From NCBI GenBank assembly GCA_964057225.1, contig OZ059897.1, forward strand, positions 13,578,001 to 13,642,000: DNA of 64,000 nt, read 5' to 3'. Under the pieces are notes generated by a model. It saw nothing but the letters and a program-made list of their open reading frames with translations. It made no database searches and was not told the DNA's origin. This document shows, in pieces, positions 35,975-49,100 of this stretch; the stretch's first letter is position 1; the number at the start of each line of letters is the position of its first letter. Origin of the DNA: Auanema rhodensis (taxonomy: Eukaryota; Animalia; Nematoda). The position numbers and the translations under genes are program-made.

Positions 35975-38900
35975 TTAGAGGCCGATCTGGCGACTTGAAT
36001 GTTGGTGCGTGTGCGACGATCTAAAATTCATTTGGAAATGTTGAGAAAGAAAATTAATCAATGTGAAATTCTATTATGAAGTTTCTAGCATTTCTGAATT
36101 TATTCACAAAATAGATGACGATACAGTTGTAGTCCATAAGCCATAAATTAGTTTTTTAATTTTTAATTGTTATAAAACTATTTTCAGGGACATTTACACT
36201 TTCATCAATATTCTGCTTCCTCATTCAAACAAAAGAATTTTTATTTTTTGAAATAGTTTACTCTCTTTAATTTTCTATTTCACCAAATAAAAATATCTTT
36301 TTTTTTTCAAGCTTTTAAGTTTTTCGAAAAAAATGCTTGCTTTTCCTCCCACTCTACCTTCCTCCCCCTCAATTTTTCTGGAAAAGAGCAAACCTGGCTG
36401 AACTGTGTACTGTAATATCCACCCCTTTGACAACACACTTCGCCCGCAACTGCGCTGGTGAGCCCGCAGTGAAGGGATGCGATCGGTTTTGCGGTTCACG
36501 AAAAAACTGCTCCTCTCTATAGGAAAAATAGAGATTATTGGGAGAATATCTAAGGATATCACAACCTTTCGTGTCTATTTTCTTGAAATCTTCCTCTGGC
36601 GTTTCCATTTCCATCTTCAACTAAATTACATTGATTTGAAGAAAATAATACTAATCTGGATCTTTATACCTTTTGAAGAATGCTGTCTACCACGTTCTTC
36701 GTACACTTCTTCATTACGAGATTCAAAGTTGAAATAGCTGTCTGGTTTGTGATTGCTTAGGTTTTCCTAAACAATAAAGAGTTTTGAACGTTTTGTTCTC
36801 AAAAATATATTGAAAACCTCAATGTAGATGTTATGTGCACTTTGACTTTTTGTTATTTGTGGTCTTTGATTTGTGTTGTCCATCTGTTTTAGGTAATCAA
36901 GATTCTGAGAATTCAATCGAATAGGGCTTCTAAGAAATGGAAATGTTAAATTAAATAAAAACGTTCAAGCTGATAATACTTTCCACTCCATGTGTCCATT
37001 ACATCATCTAACGATGGAAGACCAAGCTCAGATCGACTACGTTTTAATTCTTCTTCTCGCTCACGAAGTTGTTGAATTTCTGCAGCGATACGTGGATCAG
37101 CAAAATCCGATGACATCTGTTAATCAAACTTTAAATACTTTTGGTTCACTTATCAACATACAGGTGCTTCATCTCCAGACAAGCTTTGTGGTATTCCTTG
37201 CTTTTTGGCAATTAAAGCTGCAGCTGATTTTTTAACAAATCGCCCTCCTCTATAACAATTCTAAGTAAACAAAAGTAAAAACACAATAAACTACCTGTTA
37301 TCTTGAGTATTTCCTTTATTACATGCATTTTCATTAGGATTTTGATATCCATTTTCTACAGTATCCGTACATAGTTCTCTTTCTAATGCTGTCATTCTTG
37401 GGCTCTGAAATGAAATCATAAAATCAAATAACGTTATAAATTTTTTTTCCAACTTGGTTGAAACGAGCTGATGGCTTTTGAGGGCTTTTAGATCGTGGTT
37501 GATGTTCAACTTTCTTATTTGGTGACATCGCTGCACGGGTTACGGTAATTTGAGGTGGTTCCATTTTTTTTACAATAGTGGGAGGAGGATGTGGAGCTGG
37601 CAATTTTGGTTCCATTGGCTGAAACAACTAATATCTTATGTTTTTTTGTGTTTATTTACCATATTATCCACTAATATCTCAGATCCACAATTCGGTAAAG
37701 CATGTACATGATTCCAAAGAGTTTCTGACAAACCAATACCTGAAAATATAAATCAGTCATTCATGAAGCATGAAGAAATATAAACCAAGATAATTCAGCA
37801 CATTTCGGTGAGTTTTAAAGTAAATCAACAACTTTTCTGCTTCATCGTTCAATTCTCGGACATTTGAAGGCATTTTACGCTGTCCTGTTTGGTGAGTTAT
37901 TTCAAATGGCAATGCAATTTTGTTCAAACTAATCTAAAGATTAAAGCTTTGAAACATGCTTGAAACTTGAAATAAAGTTTACAGATTCATCAGATCCCAT
38001 AGCTGAATCAGTAGAAACAGTTGTATTCTCTGCTTGATCACTTCTCTCTGAGTAATGATCAGAATCACAAGCATTAGCGAATTTCTTTTTCTCGTTAATT
38101 TCTTTAGGAATTCGTGAATTCGCTCCTCTTTCTGTATTACGCATATTCTGAAAAAAATGAATGTTTTTACAATTTTATTTGGGTTTTCTTTTAATTTTCG
38201 AAAAGTGTGAAGTTGGGGGTGTAAGTTTACATACTGGTGATCTGCGATCTAGCGTTTCCCATTGTTTAGCTTTGTCATTTCGTAAATGAGCTGCATCTGG
38301 AGGTCTTTGTACGTGTCGATAGTTTTGATTATTCTAAATAAAAAATAAAAAAATGAAATAATTAATGAAGAAGATTCATAGAAAAGATGGTTATATAAGA
38401 AAGCAATGGCCAATTAGTAGTTAGTTTGGTTATGCTTGTTTATTTTTTTTTTTTTTTTTTGTACTTCAAGTTTTTTTCTTTTTTTCTACCAAATTTTTTG
38501 TTTTTATAAAAAATTAGAAGCAAAAGAAGATGGCAGGAAAGTTTCAAAAAACCTCATCATCTATCTTAATTGGCCATTCTCCACTATTCATCTTCTGAAC
38601 TACTTCCTGTACATTTCGTACCATTTCCTCATGTGGAGATGGGTTACGATTGAATCGTAAGCCATTATTATCCCCATTTTTGAGAAAAGGATTTGTTGAA
38701 ACCTTAATAAAATAAAAATATGTAAAGATATATATATAGATATTAAACTTTATTTTTTGGAATATCTTTCCTATCATCACTTCCACGATTTTTTTGAAAT
38801 TCTGAATTTCCTTTCAAATTATTTATAATATTCTTAATAGAAGCTGCTGGACCCGGTGGAGCTGAAAAATTTGAATTCATAAAGCCTTCAGTTTTTTCTT

Positions 38901-40171
38901 TGAGACTACCTGGAGGAATTTCATTTTTTTTGGTAATTGGCTTATTTGTATTTGATTTATCATCCTGAATATTAAGTAAATTAATAAATAAATATTGTAC
39001 TGTAGTCCCAAAATAAAGTTTTTGGCTTTTGTTTATTTTAAATAGAATTGATCATACTTCGAATTTCTGCTTTGATTGGAAACCGTCAATGATGTCATGT
39101 TTGTTATGACCGTGAAACGGAGCTGAACTGTGTTCGAAGCGGAGATGTGGCTCCTTTCCTGCTCCGTTTAGACTTGTTGATTGTGCAACTTGATCTTTTG
39201 TTCGATTGCTATTATGATTCTGAAATATTAACGATTTCTTTTCTTTTTTTTTTCTCTAAAAAATTTTTTTAATTGGCAAATCTTTCGGTTTGTTCTCATT
39301 CATCGACTCATTTTATATTCTAAGGGCTTTTCTATGTATACCTGTACATTTCTCCATTGTCCGCCAGAAGCAGCTGGCGATGCATTTGATGTCGGTTGTC
39401 TCTCCATCTGTCGTCTGTCAGCTCGATGATCCAATGCATCCGGTTGACGAGCCGTTGGATGTTGTAGACGACGGTCATAGTCGTCTTCACAATCGTCATA
39501 ACGATCATCTAGATGTGAATTACTCCGAGGCTCAGGTTGTGATATTTGAATTCGAGCAATTCCTCTAGTCTCTTTTTCGTAATTTCCAGCAGAAGGTCGA
39601 CGATTATGTTGTTGTGGTGGTGGTTGGTGTTGCCAATTTCCACGATGATCGGGACAACCTGAATAGTTTAAACTTTAAGAATTTAGAAACCTATTATAGA
39701 GACGAAAAAAAAGATTGTAGAAAAACTTTAAAAGTTTAATTACAAAGTTAAAAAAATAGAATTTGAACTGAAATACTTACGTCGATCTGGAGGGAATTCT
39801 CTACAGTTATATTCATCTTGATATCTATCATACCCATCGTAATCATCATAATCCTTTAATAAATTCAAATTTTATATTATATAATATTTAAGATTTAAAT
39901 ATGAAATATCTTTTATATTATTTAAAATTTTTATATAATTTAAAATATTCTATAAACTGAAACATACCTTCCTATATTCATCTCTTCGTGGTCTCTCCGC
40001 TTCTGAATATCCAGACCATCTGAAGCATAAATTGATGAAAAAATATTTTTTTTTTAAATTTTATATATATTAAACGCAAATTAATATAATTTAATTTGTA
40101 TTTTAGAACTTGAATAATAAATAAACAAAATACCTGTTTTGTGGATGATTGTGACTCATATGTCCATGCAT
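35975..40171 (-). CDS. Uncharacterised multi-exon, largely disordered protein with an AKAP2/MISP C-terminal-like coiled motif
   Basis: About 21 GT-AG exons join in frame from MHGHMSHNHPQNRWSGYSEAERPRRDEY (40171). The product passes through Pro/Gln/Arg/Asp-rich segments, an NPF motif, a helical-looking block (ELNDEAEKLLIYFKTHRNVLNYLGIGLSETLWNHV) and DPRIAAEIQQLREREEELKRSRSELGLP (exon 37116-36980). The 3' end is ambiguous. Confidence 0.8.
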
Positions 40172-43100
40172 TTATGTTTATTCTAAATTAGAAAATTATA
40201 AATAAAAAATTATTAAATTTTTCTACAAAATTCCTTAAAATTTTTAAAAATTTTAAAAGACTAATCGAGAATGATGACAATAATGAAATGAATGAGGATT
40301 GAGGAAGGTGAGGGCTTGTGACAAATCTCTTGCTTTGAGAAGGTGGGCTCATTAAGATAAATAAAACTTTGACGGCTGGCTGTCAAACGACTGGACTAGA
40401 CCTAATATGGAAAATAGAAACAGACAAACGGAAACAAATAGTATATCTGGTTTCCAAATATAGCTACTACTAGGAAATCAATCAAAATCTATATATAAAA
40501 CTTTCTTTATTTCCTTAATATTCAAAAAATATGAAGGTACATGTGAATGAAAGTTCATGAAAGCTTGTTAAATATGGAAAAACATTCAGACGAAGAATAT
40601 TTATTCCTTAACTTAACCAATGTATAAAGTTTAGTAAAATTAAATTTATAATTATATAATTATAAATATAAATTATTTATAATATATTTGTATATATCTA
40701 GATTTTTATTTATTTCAATATTTCGTTCAAATATTCAATCCCCTGTACACTTATGGATAACATCTTTCCAATATTTTATATGGTATAATATATTCATAGT
40801 TCAACATGTAGAGCCAGATGTTTTTTTTTGGTATAAAATATATCAAAAGAATGATATTATCATCAGTTTCTTGAACAATCTGGTTCATCTGAACATTGTA
40901 ATCGTCGCCCGATTGTAGCACCTGTCGACAATTTGAGGGAAAAAACTAGAAGACGTTTGATGGCATTATCCGTATATGGATTGATACAACAAGAAAAAAG
41001 AAATATATGTTATGTATTGTCGGAAATGTTCAAAAGAAATTATTGTACTGTGATATGAATATTTCTTAATTATGCAATCTACTTTTTGATCGTTATTATG
41101 TTTGGGTCACTATAAATAGTCATTATATTTTGTGTTTATTATCTATTAATTAGATTCCCTAATAACAAAAAATCTATAAAAATTCAAATTTTACCATTTG
41201 AATCAAGCAAACAAGCATTGACATGAGCAGGAATTCATTATGAATTCCGGTAGACAAGCAGCTTACTGTGTGTGTGTATCTAAGACAGCACACTGCCTCT
41301 TTGTTTCTGACAATTATTTGAATTGTGACTGAATAATTAATGAAGAAATAACAATCTTTATTGTATATTTTTATTTATAGAATTCAAATTTTACCCTTTT
41401 ATTTTAAAAGAAGTAACTGTTTTTTCTTAGATAGTTAACCGCAATTCATCTTGCGGAACATTCTTTGAGTGATTGATCTCGGGAAAGATTGAATATCTTT
41501 AAACACGTCATCCAATTTTTTTTACAAAAAAGTAGGCTATAGAGGTTAAAGTACTTAGATATCAAGATATGATGCTCCGATGTCTCTTTGTTCTTAAGAA
41601 AAAATGTCTTTTTAGTTCTAATAGAAAATGTATAGAAGTTCAGCATATAAGGCACGCGACACAACTAGTTCATGATCTTATCTCCAATCCACATCTACAC
41701 TCAAATTCATTGTTAGTTGAAAAAAATGAAGAAAAAAAGGAGTTAAATGAAGGTTATAGTAGAATTTTTTGAGTTTTCAATGTATCTCTCTTATGTTTTA
41801 TCCAGGTACTATGTGTATGTCCCTCAAATATATTTGAAAAAGAAATCCCTTTTTAATGAAAGAATGAGTATTTTAAATGTCAATGAAAGGTATATTGATG
41901 AGGACTAAATGAGTATATCTTACTCTTAAGATGTTCTTCGTACTCTTATATTACATAGTTTCCTCTTTGTAAATCTTATATACCGATAGTGAGTTCCTTA
42001 TAAGGTTAACCATAAAATATGTCGGCATTACGTAAAAGTACGACTGAAGGACGAAACCTCGACTGATTAGCTAACTAATTACATAAAATCCTCGGTCTAT
42101 CTATTTCTTAAGTCGACGGCAACATTTGGAACAAAAATTTTTATTAACTAACGACACCTGACTAACTATGTGAAATTCATTTGTCCTTTACTTAGCAGAT
42201 TCAAATCACCTTCAAACTATGAACATTTGAATTTGTTTTTGTAACTTGAAATCGAAAGCCAAGCGTACTTAAACATTTCAGTATTGAAAAAATGTTGTAA
42301 AAGTTGTGTGATAAGAATAAGAACTGATTAAAAATTCAATTGAAAACGATCAAATATTTCCTTTTTTTGTTAAAAAAAAGAAAACAATGAATTCAATTCT
42401 TTCAAATTAACAAAATACTTGTATATTCCAATTCCAAAGACTTTCAAAGAATTCAGATGGATATTGATGGAGCCGTACGAATAGATTGTGATACATAATA
42501 ACAAATTACCGTATTTATCATATAAAAAAAATAAAAATAAAAATATATATTATTCTTATTATATAAAATATATTTTTTGGTTAGAATATAATTAAAAATG
42601 TTTATCATCATGTAAATATTATAATATAATAATACAAATTGTAATTACTATAGCTGATAAGACATCATATGTACGACGAATTTTAGCGCACAATTGCCAT
42701 TTTTGTTGAGAAAAAAAATGATCAAAATATGAAAACGCTTATCATTGGATGTTATATTACCAATCTAGTTTAATGTAGTCATTTTTTACTATAATTATAT
42801 CAAAGTTTTTTAAATACTAAAATCAAAACACTACTGATAACTACAGTTGCAAACTGTTTTCATTAATCTCAATAACTTATCTTTTTAATATTTTTTGTGA
42901 AAAAAGTTTCACAAAAAATGCATAATTTCGTAGATCATCCCTTAAGAAAAACATATTTTTAGCTCAAAGTATGCAACAATTGAAATTGAAAAGTTGATAA
43001 GGCTGGAGTATGGATCATATTCTATACATGTATGGCGCCATCTATACTTAACTGCTTACATAACAAAACAGCTTCCGATTTAGATATTCAATTAAACATT

Positions 43101-46100
43101 AGATTGATTTCATCTCACCAAAATGGAGACAATGATTTTCAAGTTATACTGTCAAACATCATTGAACATTTTTTTCCCTTTTGAGTATCTCTTGTATTAA
43201 TAAGAAGAAGGAGATGATCATGTTTTACTAAGGAAGATTAGAGATATTAATGTCATAATTCATTCCCGGATTGATTTAAATAAACAATCATTACATGAAA
43301 ACGGAAAAAAATCAAAATATTAAAATGGCCAGATAAGGACAGTAAATGTTACATGAGTTCGGTTCCAACCAGTGCCTGACACTTAATACCACCTATACCT
43401 GCTTTGATGCTCTCTATTCGCAACATTTCAAGCACATTTTGAGCATGAACTAATCAAGCTCTCTCGTTATTTCAAACTCTATTATCATTTTCTATGAGCT
43501 TCTGCTCAACGAATTAGGCTTGGCTGACTTCTGTACCAGACACGAAACAGCCCTTCGAGCCTTAACAGGTCACAAAGTTTGCAATCAGTCCAGCTTCATC
43601 TTATTTTTGAAATTTTCATTGCCTTGTCGGTATTTTTGCTCTTTGTATCAATATATTGCATTAACAATTAAGTCCCTCAAATGTTATTCTGATTATATTT
43701 ATCATATGTTTGCTTCTATTTTTGATTATTATCAGTTATTTATTTATAATATTTATATAACTTCTTGACACATTCTAATATAAATACTCTGAAAAATACT
43801 CATGAATATTCATTAAATTCTTATCATCTGAAGGTCAATCCTATCACCCTACTGTTTGTCTAACTAATATAATTGAAATTTTTTATAAATAATCAGCTTT
43901 TTAATCATTAAGACGATTAACTATAAGACGTTTGAACTGATTTTTTGAAGCTAATCTTTTCGTTAAGCAGAATATACTTTTTGTGACTATTATTCTTTTA
44001 CTAATAACATAGAAACATACTTACATATGCTTAACATTATTCTCCCCCCCCCCCCCTCCCTAATATGTTAAAAAATTCTTTGTATGATTCATTCAAAAAT
44101 TTAAAAGCTATAACCAATTTCAAATCAACCGTTCATCGCGTTTCAAATTATAACAATGATAAATGACCATTTATAACGTCATGAGCATTAGACGCTGCGT
44201 GAAATTTCACGTGACCACAATAACATACTGTAATGCAGCTTAAAGCCAGAGAATGTTCAAAGTCATGTCGTCATGCTCCTAAGAAAAAATGTTTTTTTTT
44301 TCCACTTTTCAATTTATTTCTTTATAAATACGTTGTTTTCTGAGCGGAAAAATCATTGTCTGGGATTCTTGTACAACACTAGGAGCATTCATTCATGGGC
44401 CAGATGTCCCATCGGATGTTCATCATCACTCCTAAATATCATCAAGCAAAGTCAACGTATGCATACGACGATATAACCGTCGGGCATGTTATCTCTCATC
44501 CAGACTAGTCTCAGTCGTTTATCGTATTGTCGTCAGCATCTTTCAATCAGACGGTGACGAAGTCGTTGTTAAGACGAAGAGGGCGAAAGAAAATGCAAGT
44601 AAGAGAGATGGGAGCAGATGAGAAGGCAACGATGACTTTTCCTCAGATGTCTTTTCTTTCTTGTATATAGTCTTTCTTTTATTCTATCTTCCATTTCTTT
44701 TCTCTCACACAAAGAAAAAGAAAATGAAAAAGAACATGAGTATGGCTTCGGATGGACGAAAGAGATGGTAGATAGTCCGACATAGATGAGATTTCAAAGC
44801 CATTTTTCACCCTCAAAACGTTTAGTTAGTCCCTAGTGTTGTTCATAGGATTATTGGTTTCCTTCGATGGTGTTCCACGGTTTCTTAAGATATTCGATAC
44901 AAAATATCTAAAACTGAAATACATTAAGGCTTTCAATTGTAGAGAAACACTCACCAAAATCACTTTAATGTTAGTTTTCACGGCTATTTGACTATAAAAA
45001 TTTGAAAATTGAGTTTTGACATGTCGGCACAGTTCTTAGAAGATTTTTTTCCATTCGTGTAGCCAACCTATACTTAACGCAAAAATAAGACGAAAGTTTA
45101 CTTACTAACTCAAACTTTATTTCGTTTTCTTTTACTTTTTTTGCCCTCGAGGCAAATCGATCTCTCCCACTGTGTAGTACACACATTTTTTAAAAGAAAG
45201 ATGGAAGACAAGGGCAAAGCTCTGCTGGATACCAACAGAAATTAAGATTTCTCTTGTTAATGTCTCTAATCTTAAAACTCTCCAGAAATCTCATTAGAAA
45301 GTACTTAAATATTTTGTTCTTTAATTAAGTGCCACGCGATTCCCTAAGAAGTTCTTTGTATCTTACCATGATGCTTCATGTTGGATTTCCTGCTGTTCGA
45401 AAACCTGGGCAAAGGAGTCTATCTAGAAGACATGCCGACAAATCTTTTGGCTTCTCGTTCCCCTATGTGATCCATCAACTACCTGCTGTTATCCACACTC
45501 CTCAGGAAGCGCAACAGCATGATACCATCATTTTCACGTCCGACGTCAATATTGACATACAGATGACAGAAATATATCCATATGTAAATTCTTAAAACAT
45601 CTTACAATGAATCTGATGATCATTCACATTTCAAACCAGGTGCATCTAATTACAGCAGACAGTTTAATTTGGTTTGACAGTACAATATGACTGTTCTGAT
45701 GAGATCTATCTCATTTCATGTCATGATGTTTGTCTGTTCGTCTATTGCCCTCATAATCTTGATATAAACAGCGTGAATATAGTTATTACCTGAAATAACA
45801 TCATGTCATCTACGAAATTGTTAGAGTAACTATGTTATAGATCGATATCGATCTATAGATTTAGATAAAGTTTTGTTAGTGCTCTGATGCCCATCAGTTG
45901 ACAGTTTTTGGCATGTCACAGCATCTTACTAATATAACTTGACAATCTAGTGACAAGCTGTTGAAGCAGATGCTGCAAACGTTTATACTACATTAGATGA
46001 AGTAAAGATAATGTTTTGACAAGCATTACAGGTGTCATCTGCCAAAATAGCCACTGACCTAAGCAATCGGAACTTAATCAAGGACATATAGGTTCAATTT

Positions 46101-49100
46101 TGAAATTCATGATGAGTCAAAATCAAGATTAATCAGAAATGCCACACAGTTCAGCCGACTACATGGTCATTTCGTTTGTTATGTCACAGTTTTTGAAAAA
46201 TGAAAACCGAAAACATCAACTAGGCTGATACAAGAAAATGATTAAACACCATGAATGCATCTCTCCCCATCTCCCTTGATGCTACCTCTTCAACACTTAG
46301 CCGATGATCATTTTAAGCATTCCACAATTTCTTATTGTTCTTAATTAAGCTTTTCTAATCCCTTATACTTCTCAATATCTAATTATAAATAGAATGATTA
46401 TTAAATAGAGATTATAGCCTTGTTAATAATACATAAGTATATATAATATACTTCTATAAGTCTCAATCAAACAGTAGCCGATTCCTAATGGCATACTGTT
46501 CTCACTCATATCTTTTGTATTCTGACATCAAAACTTTTCTTATTGTACTTACAGCTTTTTATATTATTGCCTTACAGTCTATTCATAATTGAACACAAAA
46601 AAAATTTATAAATGTTTCTTATCGACATAAATTTCTGATCAGAAGTTTTAGAAATGTATTACATTTCATACCCTGTGTTTAAACCTATTTGATATATAAA
46701 GAATCCTAGAACCAAAACTTTTTTATATATCTAAATCCGCGAAAACGTATGTCAAATGTTTTTCAAATGTAAAAAATGACTGAAACAAGTGAAATTCCCA
46801 GCTTTTTTACGTCTTTGACAAATACTTTTTTCATTTCATAGTTCTAAACCAATTCATTTTTTTTTTGCATTAGAATCATTCATTAAAGAAATCATCAAAC
46901 AAAACCAATATAACCTAACAATTTAGAAAAACAGAATAACAAATAAACGATGGTATTTTTTTAAATATTATGATGACGTCATTAAAAGTATTTATATCTA
47001 GGGTTATAGAACTTTCTTAATTATGCCATAATAGTATCTGATGCAATATTTCTCACGCAAGTCCCAAAGATTTAAATAGAGAAAAAATACTTTTTCTATG
47101 TTTGTTAACGTTAATGCATCATTAATCGGTTTGGATAGATTGACCTATCACGTAGAATGTTTCCTCAAGTTGCCAACACCTGCCTCTTACAGCCTAAGTA
47201 AGTTGCTAAGCCATCTTATCTGTTGACTTCAACCATGATTTTATTGACATTGTCAAGAATCATCTATCATATTAACTACAATAATAATACTAATCAGATT
47301 AAGTATACAAGCTTCTTAATGTATATCAAACGTTTCTTACCATGCTACTGTGACTCTCCATATAGTTCTGTACTTTCTTATAATTTATTTATATGAAAAA
47401 AAAAATCAAACCCCCTCTAAAAAATGTTAGGCATAAATATTTCTGCTCAAGATAAGGTCACTTCGTCACAGCATGACCATATGTGAATAAAATGCGGTAA
47501 ATATAAGTGAAAGACACCTAGAATTGCATAATTGATGTCCATAAACAGAATGTTTGATTCACAATATGCTATCTTGTCCGACAAACTTCATAAAAGCTTG
47601 CCGACTACGAGCATAAGTTTACGTAATGATGCGAGGTCCCAATTCCTTTTTTTCATGACATAAAAACACATGATGATGTTATAACATCCTCATAAAATTA
47701 TAATGATATTGATATTATTTACCTTGACGCATAATCAGCTTTTTATAATATGATGATAGACAACCATTCTTTCTTTCCCTTTCTTTCTCAATATCTATCT
47801 CTCTATAATAGTCTTTACCGGTATATGTATATGACGTAATGCAATGTCGCCTACTTTATCGGTTACCATAGATTACTGTCGAAATTATTTTGCGCGAAAA
47901 TAAAAATTGTTCCCAGATGGAACAAATGATCATATCCTTATCACAATAAGATAAAAATAGTGAAAAGACTGTATGACAAAAGACAAAGGCGCCTGAGTTC
48001 AATCTTCCGAGACCCACTACTTCTTACGTGTGAGTTGTATCTCTGCATGTATGATATGATATACAATTGATGATAGGAAAGCAAAAAAGTTTTGAACGTG
48101 TGTTCGTTCGTTTCGTTATCCCTCCATACTGTCATCATCGCAAATTCCGATTGTTGAACCTAGACAGCGATGAAATCTTTCATGGGTTTCTAGAAAAATG
48201 TATCTGGAATTATGAAAAATCATAAGAAGCATATGTTCAAGTTTGACCTTTCAATCTATTGTTAGCTTGAGCAATTTTTTTTCTTTGTAAGTCAGTATCC
48301 GTTTTCTTACAATAGGCTGTATGGTCAAATGCCAGATGCCTCTGCACCTATATGATCCTAACAATGCGCTAAGTTTTTGAAAAATTTTGAGCCTCAACTT
48401 GTTGTGTACAGTAATGGCTTTTGTGTATTTGAATTTTTGTGACCTCAGAATCTGCTTGTATTAATAAAATTGTAGAAAAACTTATGAAAATTTCAAGTTT
48501 TATGGCTTTGAATAGAAATGCCATGAGGGTACTATTGACGGTCGATTCAATTTCAAATAAGCTAATGAATGTGGTAGAGAGCAGGATGTAGAGAAAGATT
48601 CTCCTGTCAGCTATTTCTATCTCTTCTTCTTTCTCTTTCGATATTTTTTCTACCAATCAAAATGGTCCCAATATTTTCTTCTTTGAAAGACAAATTTTCA
48701 AAAAGAGAAGAACAGACGGTTGCCTGATGCTTTAGACTGTCTGACTGCTGTTGCTAGTTCAAGCAGGCAGGCAGGCAACTGAGCTGATGAGAACTGACGG
48801 TGACGACATCGAAGCCAGCGACAGACATCTGTCAATGTTACCTTGAAACAAGCAACCAAAGCAAGACAAGAAAGAGGAGAAAATCAACAGATGAAAAAGA
48901 AAAAGAGAATGGAAACAAGGAATCAGTAGCATATGAAGTGAATACCCATCATTTAATTTCCTTTCTGAATCTTTCCTCATAAGTTTAATGACGACAATTT
49001 TCCAAGCATCCTACTGCAAGAATCAGTTGTAACCCACGAATATATTGTTATCTAATGTCCAATTTTAGTAGTCATTCTTGCTGCCCTTCCTATCAAGCTA

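Noticed and set aside
41648-41658. 11-nt match to the miR-124 5' end (TAAGGCACGCG)
   Set aside because: It diverges immediately afterwards and no precursor hairpin is evident.
41985-42065. Hammerhead-ribozyme-like GGACGAAAC
   Set aside because: No correctly placed CUGANGA box and no consistent stems I and III.
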